DNA of 44,431 nucleotides, from assembly GCA_902783485.1 (NCBI GenBank), contig CACZRG010000056.1, positions 1 through 44,431 of the forward strand, in the 5' to 3' direction. Within the stretch, counting starts at the first letter, position 1. Each line of letters starts with the position of its first letter. The translations under genes were made by a program, and so were the position numbers. This document shows positions 7,837 to 16,068 of the stretch, in pieces. A model generated the notes under the pieces. It was given only the letters and a program-made list of their open reading frames with translations, had not been told where the DNA came from and ran no database searches. The DNA comes from an uncultured Elusimicrobium sp. (GTDB taxonomy: Bacteria; Elusimicrobiota; Elusimicrobia; Elusimicrobiales; UBA9959).

Positions 7837-8628
7837 ATGCGTCTGCTGAAACTTTTTCTGCCCCTGTCTGTTATCCTGCTGTCCGGCTGCGTAGCCACAC
7901 AGCAGGATGTTCTGCAGGTTCAGAGCCAGATGGACAATCTGAGCGAAACTATTTCCTCGATGCAGAAAAATCAGGCCGAACTTGCGGTAAAGATGGAAGA
8001 TCTCTCCCGTGATCTTAATGCTTCCTCCGAAAGCATGAAGGATATTTCATCGCAGATGACTAAACTGTCCGAACAGCTTGACAATCTGGACAATGCAATG
8101 AACAAACGGGTAAACGCAATAGGCCAGACGATAAAGAAACAACAGGAAAGCGTAGAGAACGCACTGCTGCCTTCCAGAATTTACAACGAGGCATACGCGG
8201 CATTCCAGAAAGATAATTTCGATGAAGCCATAACTGGTTTCAAGCAGTACCTTGTTGATTATCCGGGAGGCGAACTTACTGAAGGCGCCTATTATTTTCT
8301 GGGAGAATCCCTGTATTTAAAAACAGAATGGGCACAGGCTGCATGGTCATACGCAAGTATGCTGGAAAAATTTCCAAAATCAGGCAGGATAGCCGCAGCA
8401 AGGCTCAAATATGCGCAGTGTCTGCTTAAAATGCCGGCGCCAAAAACAGACGAAGCCGTAAAATATCTTAAATCTGTTGTAAGGGATTATCCCACCTCGC
8501 CTGAGGCCGAGACAGCCAAGGCACAGCTTGCAAAATACGCTCCTGAAAAAAAGGATGCCTCCAGAACATCATCCAAAAAAGCAGCAAAAACAGGACAGTC
8601 TTCCGGGGCAAAAAAAACTTCCAAATAA
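7837..8628 (+). CDS. cpoB: Tol-Pal system protein CpoB/YbgF (coiled coil plus TPR)
   Basis: The protein has a signal/lipobox (LLSGC) and an N-terminal coiled coil. The C-terminal TPR region reads YNEAYAAFQKDNFDEAITGFKQYLVDYPGGELTEGAYYFLGESLY...DYPTSPEA. It lies adjacent to pal. Confidence 0.85.
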   Translation: MRLLKLFLPLSVILLSGCVATQQDVLQVQSQMDNLSETISSMQKNQAELAVKMEDLSRDLNASSESMKDISSQMTKLSEQLDNLDNAMNKRVNAIGQTIKKQQESVENALLPSRIYNEAYAAFQKDNFDEAITGFKQYLVDYPGGELTEGAYYFLGESLYLKTEWAQAAWSYASMLEKFPKSGRIAAARLKYAQCLLKMPAPKTDEAVKYLKSVVRDYPTSPEAETAKAQLAKYAPEKKDASRTSSKKAAKTGQSSGAKKTSK

Positions 8629-8652
8629 AAAAGCCCCTCCGGGGCTTTTTTT
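8627..8652 (+). terminator. Rho-independent terminator (partial or leaky, lying between cpoB and tolB)
   Basis: The sequence AAAAAAGCCCCTCCGGGGCTTTTTTT overlaps the cpoB stop. Confidence 0.75.
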
Positions 8653-8663
8653 ATAGCAAAAAC

Positions 8664-9980
8664 ATGAAAAGAATTTTATTATCACTTGTACTGTTTTCCT
8701 TATTTAATACCGCCACTTATTCCGCAGAAGTGTTCATAGGCGTTCATGGAGAGGTTACATCAAAAGTTTATTCAGCGAGGCTGGCCTCTTTTAAAGGACC
8801 TGCTGATGGTTCCGTAAATGCGGAAGATTTTCAGAATATAGTACGATCGGATCTTTACCTTTCAAGATATTTCGATATTAAGGAATCACCTGAAAACGCA
8901 GTGAAATTCAATAAAGACGGCCTGCCGGATTACAGCCGCGCAGACTCGCAATATATAATCACAGGTGAATTTTCCACCCCCGAAAGCGAAGGACGCTGGA
9001 TATTTACAGGAACCCTGTACGATGTGAAAGGCGAAGACGGAAAAGGACGGATACTTCTTAAAAAGAAATATAAGGGAGGTATGAAGGCCCTGCGGCCTTC
9101 CGCACATCTGTTCTCGGATGCTGTTGTTGAAAAGATAACCGGTAACAAGGGTATAGCCCATTCCAGAATAACATTCTCAAATGATTCTGTAAACGGGAAA
9201 AAAGAGATTTTCGTAGCGGATTATGACGGAGGCAATCTGAAAAAAATAACTTCCGACCAGAATGTAAACATACTTCCCAAATGGTCAAGAGATGGTTCGC
9301 GGATATACTATACAACATACAAATACGGAAATCCGGACATATATGAGATTAATTTCAGACAGGGTAAAATAAACAAGGTGTATACAAAACAGGGACTGAA
9401 TGTACCTGGGAATACATCTCCGGATGATCTCAAGCTTATAATGGTATCCTCCCCGGACAGGAATGATCCCGGAATCTATACGCTGGATCTCACAAACAAC
9501 AGTGCCGAAAAACTTATGACAGGGAATAACGGACTGGTGGCAGCACCAAGCTGGTCCCCTGACGGAAAAAAAGTAGCATTCACATCAGACAAATCAGGAA
9601 ACCCGCAGATACATATTTACAATACGGAAACAAAGAAAACCATAAAACTTACAAAAATGAACTGGTGCGACTCTCCAGTATGGTCACCTGACGGCGAGAG
9701 AATAGTTTTCGCAGGAAGGGACGGCCCGAAGGAAAAATTTAATATTTTCGTAAGTGATGCCGGAGGCAGCAAAATAGTAAGGCTGACCTTAAAACAGGGG
9801 CACAACAGAAACCCTGTATGGTCTCCGGACGGACGTTTCATAGCATTCACTTCGGACAGGGACAGCCGGGATCCGCGAAAAAAACAGCAGCGCATTTACA
9901 TAATGGACGCTGACGGTAGCGCGCAGCATCTGCTTGTTGACGTTCCGGGAAATTCATATACCCCCTCCTGGAGCAATTAG
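8664..9980 (+). CDS. tolB: TolB-like periplasmic beta-propeller protein
   Basis: A signal peptide is present. An N-terminal TolB-type domain is followed by repeated propeller blades of the type WSPDGxxIAFTSDRxG / PxWSPDG. It lies next to pal and cpoB. Confidence 0.85.
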   Translation: MKRILLSLVLFSLFNTATYSAEVFIGVHGEVTSKVYSARLASFKGPADGSVNAEDFQNIVRSDLYLSRYFDIKESPENAVKFNKDGLPDYSRADSQYIITGEFSTPESEGRWIFTGTLYDVKGEDGKGRILLKKKYKGGMKALRPSAHLFSDAVVEKITGNKGIAHSRITFSNDSVNGKKEIFVADYDGGNLKKITSDQNVNILPKWSRDGSRIYYTTYKYGNPDIYEINFRQGKINKVYTKQGLNVPGNTSPDDLKLIMVSSPDRNDPGIYTLDLTNNSAEKLMTGNNGLVAAPSWSPDGKKVAFTSDKSGNPQIHIYNTETKKTIKLTKMNWCDSPVWSPDGERIVFAGRDGPKEKFNIFVSDAGGSKIVRLTLKQGHNRNPVWSPDGRFIAFTSDRDSRDPRKKQQRIYIMDADGSAQHLLVDVPGNSYTPSWSN

Positions 9981-10010
9981 CTGCCTGTTGTAACCGTATA
10001 AAACAAATGA

Positions 10011-10040
10011 AAAAAAAGCCGGCTAAAACCGGCTTTTTTC
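10011..10040. terminator. Bidirectional terminator between convergent tolB and tdk
   Basis: The sequence is AAAAAAAAGCCGGCTAAAACCGGCTTTTTT, with A-runs and T-runs on both sides. Confidence 0.85.
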
Positions 10041-10074
10041 ATTATATATTTTACAGACAGACTATCTATACGGA

Positions 10075-10638
10075 TTATTTTTCAGGCTTAAAGCATTTAC
10101 GGCAGCGCGCCTCGTATTTATCCCCGGCACCGACCTCTATTCTGTTGCCGGAAGATGTAAGCCTCTGGCTGTAATGCGCAGGATTGCCACATACCATACA
10201 TATGGCGAGATTCTTTGTTACATACTCGGCAACCGCCATCAGCCGGGCCATATTATCAAATGGCTCACCACGGAAATCCTGATCCAGCCCTGCCACTATA
10301 ACACGCTTGCCGGAATCAGCCAGTTTCTGTGCCACATCAACTATTCCAGAGCCGAAGAAATGAGCCTCATCTATGCCTACAACTTTTGTATCACTGTTTA
10401 CAAGCGGAAGAATATCCTCGGCTTTCTCTACTGGCTGAGCCTCAAGCGCATTTTTATCATGCGAAACTATTTTTTCACTTGCGTACCGCGTATCAAGGTG
10501 AGAATTGAAAACCTGTACTTTCTGACGGGCTATAATAGCAAGCTTAAGCCGTCTTATCAGCTCCTGTGTTTTACCGGAAAACATACTTCCGCAAACGACT
10601 TCTATCCACCCTGAAGAATCAGAAACATTAAAAATCAT
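10075..10638 (-). CDS. tdk: Thymidine kinase
   Basis: The P-loop is GSMFSGKTQELI. VVGIDEAHFF is present. The C-terminal zinc-ribbon cysteines are C..CG....YSQR and ARCRKC. Confidence 0.92.
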   Translation of the reverse strand: MIFNVSDSSGWIEVVCGSMFSGKTQELIRRLKLAIIARQKVQVFNSHLDTRYASEKIVSHDKNALEAQPVEKAEDILPLVNSDTKVVGIDEAHFFGSGIVDVAQKLADSGKRVIVAGLDQDFRGEPFDNMARLMAVAEYVTKNLAICMVCGNPAHYSQRLTSSGNRIEVGAGDKYEARCRKCFKPEK

Positions 10639-10658
10639 AATTAAATTTTATCATTTAT

Positions 10659-11519
10659 TTACTGTATGAAAGAAGGCCTGAGTCCACGCGCGCTGTACGC
10701 CTCAAGAAGCCATATAATAACACTGATTATTTCTTTCAGATCTTCCGTAACATCAGTACCAGACATGACTGCTGGATTACAGTAAAGCTGCTGGTCAAGC
10801 GTGAGGATTTTTCCTTCAGGCAGCCCGGCGCGCGACAGCATTTCCGCAGGAACAGCATTATCCGTTTTATATTTTCCGACAATATAATCCGGTGTGAAAT
10901 CACTAAGACTGAAATAATCTTTTATTTTTTCATTTACCGCACGGGACATTTCCAGAACTTTTTCCGTGGTCCGGGCATACACTGCCAAGCCATGATTCTG
11001 AAAAAACAGTATTCCAGCGTCCGGAATTGGTTTTACGGCGTGTTTTCTTATAGACATGCACAGTTCTGGTCCAGGAGCAGCAAAAGGGACAAAAACAGCC
11101 TCCGGGAACAGTTTTTCCGCCAATGTCCTGCCTTCCTCACAACAGGTGATAAAATTGGCATATACCGAATGCTGATGAACAACAGCATAACCAAGCATGG
11201 CATGAAAACATGTCTCCACAGAAGGTTTTTCCTTTTTACCATTAAGTGGCAGTGTGGATTTTATGACTGCTTCAGACATATAAGCCGCATCAGGTTCCGG
11301 CAAATCAATAATTTCCCTTAAAGACTCAAGCCTTACCAGTGAAATACCTTTTTCAGGAGTTACATCCCTGAGACGGCAGCCACTTGATTTTATAAGCATT
11401 CTTCCGTCTTTGGTTTTTATTGATACATTTCCACCGGCCCCCTGTGTCAGAGCAGGAGATTGTCCTGCAGCATTAGCCAGACCGGCAAGGATCATTCTTT
11501 CATATTTATAATCAGTCAT
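10659..11519 (-). CDS. Class II aldolase/adducin-domain-like protein
   Basis: GAGGNVSIKT...MLIKSSGCRLRDV resembles the N-terminal aldolase domain of bifunctional aldolase/short-chain dehydrogenases. The ATG at 11519 (MTDYKY) is preferred over the TTG at 11534. Confidence 0.5.
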   Translation of the reverse strand: MTDYKYERMILAGLANAAGQSPALTQGAGGNVSIKTKDGRMLIKSSGCRLRDVTPEKGISLVRLESLREIIDLPEPDAAYMSEAVIKSTLPLNGKKEKPSVETCFHAMLGYAVVHQHSVYANFITCCEEGRTLAEKLFPEAVFVPFAAPGPELCMSIRKHAVKPIPDAGILFFQNHGLAVYARTTEKVLEMSRAVNEKIKDYFSLSDFTPDYIVGKYKTDNAVPAEMLSRAGLPEGKILTLDQQLYCNPAVMSGTDVTEDLKEIISVIIWLLEAYSARGLRPSFIQ

Positions 11520-11619
11520 AATGAATTGATTCAAAATCCGGCTATGTTATACATAAATACTGATGGCAGAAAAATAATACAATTAATAATATTCTTTAAC
11601 ATAACATGAAATATATGCC

Positions 11620-12549
11620 TCACACTGGTTTATCTTCTTCATCTCCGGCAGCACCGGGGTGAGCGCGCTCATAAACCTCCTTGAGTTTTTCAAGCGACAC
11701 ATGTGTATAGATCTCTGTAGTCTGAAGATTCTTATGGCCAAGCATCTCCTGAACGGATTTAAGATCACATCCATTATCCAGCAGATGCGTGGCAAATGAG
11801 TGTCTTAGAGAGTGAGGATTAACCCTGCGGACAAATCTTGCCCTGCGCGCCATTTTCTGAAGCACAAGAGCTATTCCATTGCCGGACATACGGGTATTGT
11901 GACAGTTTAGAAAAAGAGGCTCGCCGGCACCATGTGGAAGCGGCCTTGTGGCAAGGTAGTCTTTAATACATTGCAGGGCTCTGTCACCAGCAGGCACAAG
12001 CCTTTCCTTTCTGCCCTTTCCGAACACCCTTACCATGCCTGAATAAAAATCGACATCACCTATATTGAGACCGGCAATTTCTGAACGACGCAGTCCACTG
12101 GAATAAAGCAGCTCGAATATGGCAAAATCTCTTTCGGGGAACCTGTATTCCTCATCCCTTTCCTCAACAAGATCCGGTGCATTCGCATCCTGAAGTTTCC
12201 CTACCTCACCCTCTGTAAGAAATCTTGGGAGTTTCCTGTCTTTTTTCGGCAGCATAACCAGATCAAACGGATCCTGGCTTATCATACGGTGTGAAAGCAG
12301 CCATTCCGCAAAAGAACGTACAGATGATATTTTTCTGAGAAGACTGTTTCTGGCTACTCCCTGTTCATTCAGGAAAGAAAGATAATCCCTCACGAGGAAA
12401 CGGTCCATGCCTTCTGGAAATGGAAGTTTTTTCTCCTCATAGAAAGCAGCAAAAGCCTCAAGATCTCCCCTGTACGCTCTCACTGTATGCGCGGAATAAT
12501 TACGCTGAACCTCAAGATTCAGCAGAAAACGTTCAATCTCCTCACGCAT
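11620..12549 (-). CDS. xerC: Tyrosine recombinase XerC/XerD family
   Basis: An N-terminal SAM-like domain is present (YSAHTVRAYRGDLEAF). The catalytic motifs are ELLYSSGLRRSE, HSLRHSFATHLL and LGHKNLQTTEIYTHV. It lies immediately downstream of topA, as in conserved dprA-topA-xerC clusters. Confidence 0.88.
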   Translation of the reverse strand: MREEIERFLLNLEVQRNYSAHTVRAYRGDLEAFAAFYEEKKLPFPEGMDRFLVRDYLSFLNEQGVARNSLLRKISSVRSFAEWLLSHRMISQDPFDLVMLPKKDRKLPRFLTEGEVGKLQDANAPDLVEERDEEYRFPERDFAIFELLYSSGLRRSEIAGLNIGDVDFYSGMVRVFGKGRKERLVPAGDRALQCIKDYLATRPLPHGAGEPLFLNCHNTRMSGNGIALVLQKMARRARFVRRVNPHSLRHSFATHLLDNGCDLKSVQEMLGHKNLQTTEIYTHVSLEKLKEVYERAHPGAAGDEEDKPV

Positions 12550-12572
12550 TTAATTCACTGTATGCCAGGCTG

Positions 12573-14801
12573 TCAGGCTTTTTTATGGTCCAGAATGCGG
12601 TCAACTTCCTCCTGCGATACTGATTGGGCATTTCTGCATTTTGGAAAACCAGAGCAGGCAAGAAAATATCCCCTTGTGCTCTTGCGCAGCAGCATATGAT
12701 TTTTACCGCATTTGTCGCATATTCTGTCTGTTTTTACAGGATTAAAAACTTCCTGTTTGTTTCCTTCCCTGTCAAGCGGTATTTTACCCTTGCACTTTGG
12801 AAATCTCGAACATGAAAGGTATTTGCCATAACGGCTTTCGCGCAGATACATGGGACTTAAGCATATCGGACATTTTTCATCAGTCTTCTGAACTCCGGGC
12901 CTGGTTCTTTCCATATTCTTATCTGCCGCCTTAAGTTCTTCGGAAAAAGGTCTGTAGAAATCAGACATCATCTTTACCCAGTCAACACCTCCGTCAGCTA
13001 TATCGTCAAGTTTATCCTCAATAGATGCTGTATAGGATATTTCCATTATATCCTTGAAAAATTCCTTCAGTTTCTCGGTAACAAGGGTACCCAGCCCGGT
13101 TATGAGCATTTTGCCTTTTTCCTTGGTTATATAGCCACGGTCGGTAATATTCTTTATGATGGCAGCGTAGGTTGAAGGTCTGCCTATGCCGTGTTTCTCA
13201 AGTGTTTTGATAAGACTTGCCTCGTTGTAATTGGGAGGAGGCGTTGTTTTGTGAGGTCTTGCTGAAATATCCTTAAGTGTTACCTCGTCGCCAACTTTAA
13301 GCGGGGGAAGTATTGCGGAGTTTTCATCTCCTGAATCTGACTCCTCTTCTTTTTCCTCGCGATATACTTTCAGATAGCCGTCAAATTTAAGTGCCCGTCC
13401 ACCTGCGCGCAGAACCGCTTTTGCTTTTTCATCAGAAAATTCCGCAGTAAGCGAATCAAATTCAGCCGCGTTCATCTGACTTGCCACAAAACGATTCCAT
13501 ATAAGAGTGTAAAGTTTAAGCTGTTCTGCAGTGAGATATTCTGCTATTTCCTCCGGACGACGGTAAACAGAAGTTGGATGTATTGATTCATGTGCCTCCT
13601 GCGCACCTTTTACTTTTTTAAGATAAAGCGGCGGCCTGGCCGGGCAGTATTCCCTGCCATATGTGGAAGCTATAAACTTAGCTGTTTCCTTCTGCATTTC
13701 GGCGGAAACATTAAAGGAGTCCGTACGCATATATGTTATAAGACCTGAACGCTCCCTGTTCTTCAGTTCCACGCCTTCATAAAGCGCCTGTGCTATGCGC
13801 ATTGTTCTGTCGGAAGAAAAACCCAGTTTATTATATGCATCCTGCTGAAGAGTACTGGTTATGAAAGGTGGTTTGGGCTTCTGCTTTACTGTTTTGGAAT
13901 CAACTTTTGTGACAGTTATTACTGACTGTTTAAGCAGTGTGGCAGCCTCGGCAGTATCCTCCAGCTTTTTGAAAGGAGATGTCTTATAACGGTAATCTTC
14001 CGCGAAAAGGTGAAGAAGAACACTCTGTTCCACTGTCCTGCCATTCCATTTTACAAGTTTGGCAGGGAAAGCTTTGGTCTGGCCTTTGGCCAGCATTACA
14101 TAAAAAGTATAATACTCCTCTTCATTGAACGCAGCAATTTCCCTGGCACGCTCAGAAACAAGACGTACAGCTACAGACTGCACACGTCCGGCGGAAAGGC
14201 CGCTTTTTATCTTGCTCCAGAGCAGAGGGGATAATTTATATCCCACAAGACGGTCAATAATGCGGCGCGCCTGCTGTGCGTTCACAAGGTTCATATCAAG
14301 ATCACGCGGTGATTTAAGGGATTCTTCTATGGCACTGCGTGTAATTTCATGAAAACTTATACGCTTGAAAGGTACACCTGTGGATTTCAGCATTTCCATA
14401 AGATGCCAGCTTATCGCCTCCCCCTCACGGTCAGGGTCGGTTGCAAGATAAACCATATCAGCACGTTTCGCTATAGTCGTAAGTTCGCTTAAAATCTTTT
14501 TGGCCCGGTCCACAACAACATATCTGGCGGCGAAACTGCCGTCTTCGTCTACGCCTATCTCATTTGCAGGCAGGTCCCTTACATGTCCGAATGAACTGCG
14601 TACCACATATTTTCCGTCAAGGAAACGGCTTATGGTTTTCTGTTTTGTCGGTGATTCTACAATAACCAGACTACGGCCGGAACTGTTTTTACCCGCCGAT
14701 GTCTTTTTCGCTTTTGTTTCCTGTAATGTATTTTTCTCCGCCACGGAAGATTTATCCGGTGCTGTTCTTACTGTCTTTCCTGTTTTAGATTGTTCTGCCA
14801 T
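12573..14801 (-). CDS. topA: DNA topoisomerase I
   Basis: The Toprim motif is LVIVESPTKQKTI. DPDREGEAISWH is present. The active-site region reads ITYMRTDS. Two C-terminal zinc ribbons are CPICLSP...CSRFPKC and CDKCG...CSGFPKC. A basic N-terminal extension of about 45 aa is present. Confidence 0.95.
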   Translation of the reverse strand: MAEQSKTGKTVRTAPDKSSVAEKNTLQETKAKKTSAGKNSSGRSLVIVESPTKQKTISRFLDGKYVVRSSFGHVRDLPANEIGVDEDGSFAARYVVVDRAKKILSELTTIAKRADMVYLATDPDREGEAISWHLMEMLKSTGVPFKRISFHEITRSAIEESLKSPRDLDMNLVNAQQARRIIDRLVGYKLSPLLWSKIKSGLSAGRVQSVAVRLVSERAREIAAFNEEEYYTFYVMLAKGQTKAFPAKLVKWNGRTVEQSVLLHLFAEDYRYKTSPFKKLEDTAEAATLLKQSVITVTKVDSKTVKQKPKPPFITSTLQQDAYNKLGFSSDRTMRIAQALYEGVELKNRERSGLITYMRTDSFNVSAEMQKETAKFIASTYGREYCPARPPLYLKKVKGAQEAHESIHPTSVYRRPEEIAEYLTAEQLKLYTLIWNRFVASQMNAAEFDSLTAEFSDEKAKAVLRAGGRALKFDGYLKVYREEKEEESDSGDENSAILPPLKVGDEVTLKDISARPHKTTPPPNYNEASLIKTLEKHGIGRPSTYAAIIKNITDRGYITKEKGKMLITGLGTLVTEKLKEFFKDIMEISYTASIEDKLDDIADGGVDWVKMMSDFYRPFSEELKAADKNMERTRPGVQKTDEKCPICLSPMYLRESRYGKYLSCSRFPKCKGKIPLDREGNKQEVFNPVKTDRICDKCGKNHMLLRKSTRGYFLACSGFPKCRNAQSVSQEEVDRILDHKKA

Positions 14802-14816
14802 AATTATAAAATCCGT

Positions 14817-14847
14817 AAAAAAAAGCAGACGTCCGCAAAGACGTCTG
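14817..14847 (-). terminator. Terminator-like hairpin plus U8 tract, 15 nt upstream of the topA ATG
   Basis: The minus strand reads CAGACGTC-TTTGCG-GACGTCTG-C-TTTTTTTT, an 8-bp perfect stem. Confidence 0.7.
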
Positions 14848-14852
14848 TTAAT

Positions 14853-14881
14853 ATAATATTATTTTTTTCCTTATTGAGCAA
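14853..14881 (-). promoter_or_regulatory. Putative sigma70-type promoter for topA
   Basis: On the minus strand, TTGCTC (14876-14881), a 17-nt spacer and TATTAT (14853-14858). The predicted TSS falls at the 5' arm of the hairpin. Confidence 0.4.
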
Positions 14882-14934
14882 ATTTTACAAAAAATAACAG
14901 ACATGACATAGCATATACCACACTCCTGCTGCTT

Positions 14935-16068
14935 TTATATTCTCTGCTTTATTACATATCTTCCCGCTATCTGACAGACAAAGCCTTCAACCTCAAGTTC
15001 AAAAAGCGCGGCCGAGACAGCAGGAACACTCTGTCCTGTACGCAGGGCAAGTTCATCAGGTGTAAGGCCGTTTTCTTCCTTCTGTATGGCGTCATATATA
15101 TCATTGGCTTCCGGTGAAAGCGACAAGGCAGCCCTTTTTTTTGCGGTCCTTCTGCTGTTCTCACTGATTTTTTTCTTTACTGCTTCCGCAGGAAGACATG
15201 TCATTATATCTTCGGTATTTTCTACCAGACAGGCCCCGTTTTTTATAAGATAATTCGGTCCCTGTGCTTTTTCATTATCCGCCAGGCCGGGAAGTGCCAT
15301 GACTTCTCTTCCCTGTTCCAGGGCACACCTGGCGGTTATAAGAGACCCGGATTTAAAAGTTCCTTCTATTACCAGTACCCCGTATGAGAGGCCTGATATT
15401 ATGCGGTTACGGCGCGGGAAACTGGCTGGTCTGGCTGTCTGCATAAGCGGATATTCCGATACGAGAGCACCTCCGCATTCAATTATTTTCTCAGAAAGAC
15501 TACGGTTTTCCGGAGGATAAATTTTCATAAGTCCGGTACCGAGCGCGGCCCAGGTTACCCCACCGGCTTCAGTCACCGCTTTATGTGCCGCTGAATCTAT
15601 GCCTCTTGCCAGTCCACTCGCCACAGCTATGCCTTTTTCAGCCAGACCAGACGCTATTTCTGCAGTCATCCGCAGTCCGTAAGGAGATGGATGTCTTGTT
15701 CCAACAATACTCACTGCCGGCATTGAAAAATCCGCTGAACAGCCTTTTACATACAGCACCAGTGGCGGATCGTATATGGCAGCGAGCTGCCTTGGATAAT
15801 CAGGATCTCCGGAAGCAATAATTCTTATTCCGTTTTTTACGGCAAGACCCATTTCAGCATCCGCATCGAATTCACGCATAAGCCGCACTGTTTTTTCAGC
15901 CGCATCGAGTGTAAATCCGAACTCTGTGAAAAGATCTGCAGCAGACAATTCCAGTACTTTCCCAGCACTACCGCACTTTCTGACCAGCATATGCGCCCTG
16001 TCAGCACCGAACGGAAGCGCTGCGTTAAGTTTCAGAAGTGCCTGTATTTCTCCGGTTCCGGCCATCAT
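14935..16068 (-). CDS. dprA: DNA-processing protein DprA (Smf)
   Basis: The Rossmann-like DprA core includes VSIVGTRHPSPYG, VASGLARGIDSAAH and RRNRIISGLS. A C-terminal winged-helix domain is present. Its start overlaps the comM stop (ATGA). Confidence 0.92.
   Translation of the reverse strand: MMAGTGEIQALLKLNAALPFGADRAHMLVRKCGSAGKVLELSAADLFTEFGFTLDAAEKTVRLMREFDADAEMGLAVKNGIRIIASGDPDYPRQLAAIYDPPLVLYVKGCSADFSMPAVSIVGTRHPSPYGLRMTAEIASGLAEKGIAVASGLARGIDSAAHKAVTEAGGVTWAALGTGLMKIYPPENRSLSEKIIECGGALVSEYPLMQTARPASFPRRNRIISGLSYGVLVIEGTFKSGSLITARCALEQGREVMALPGLADNEKAQGPNYLIKNGACLVENTEDIMTCLPAEAVKKKISENSRRTAKKRAALSLSPEANDIYDAIQKEENGLTPDELALRTGQSVPAVSAALFELEVEGFVCQIAGRYVIKQRI

Noticed and set aside
11620-12549. 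The tyrosine recombinase as a phage or ICE integrase marking a mobile element
   Set aside because: It has Xer-type length and motifs. It sits in the conserved comM-dprA-topA-xerC housekeeping cluster. No phage, conjugation or cargo genes flank it, and the only tRNA-linked repeat (at 1.2-1.5 kb) is 10 kb away.
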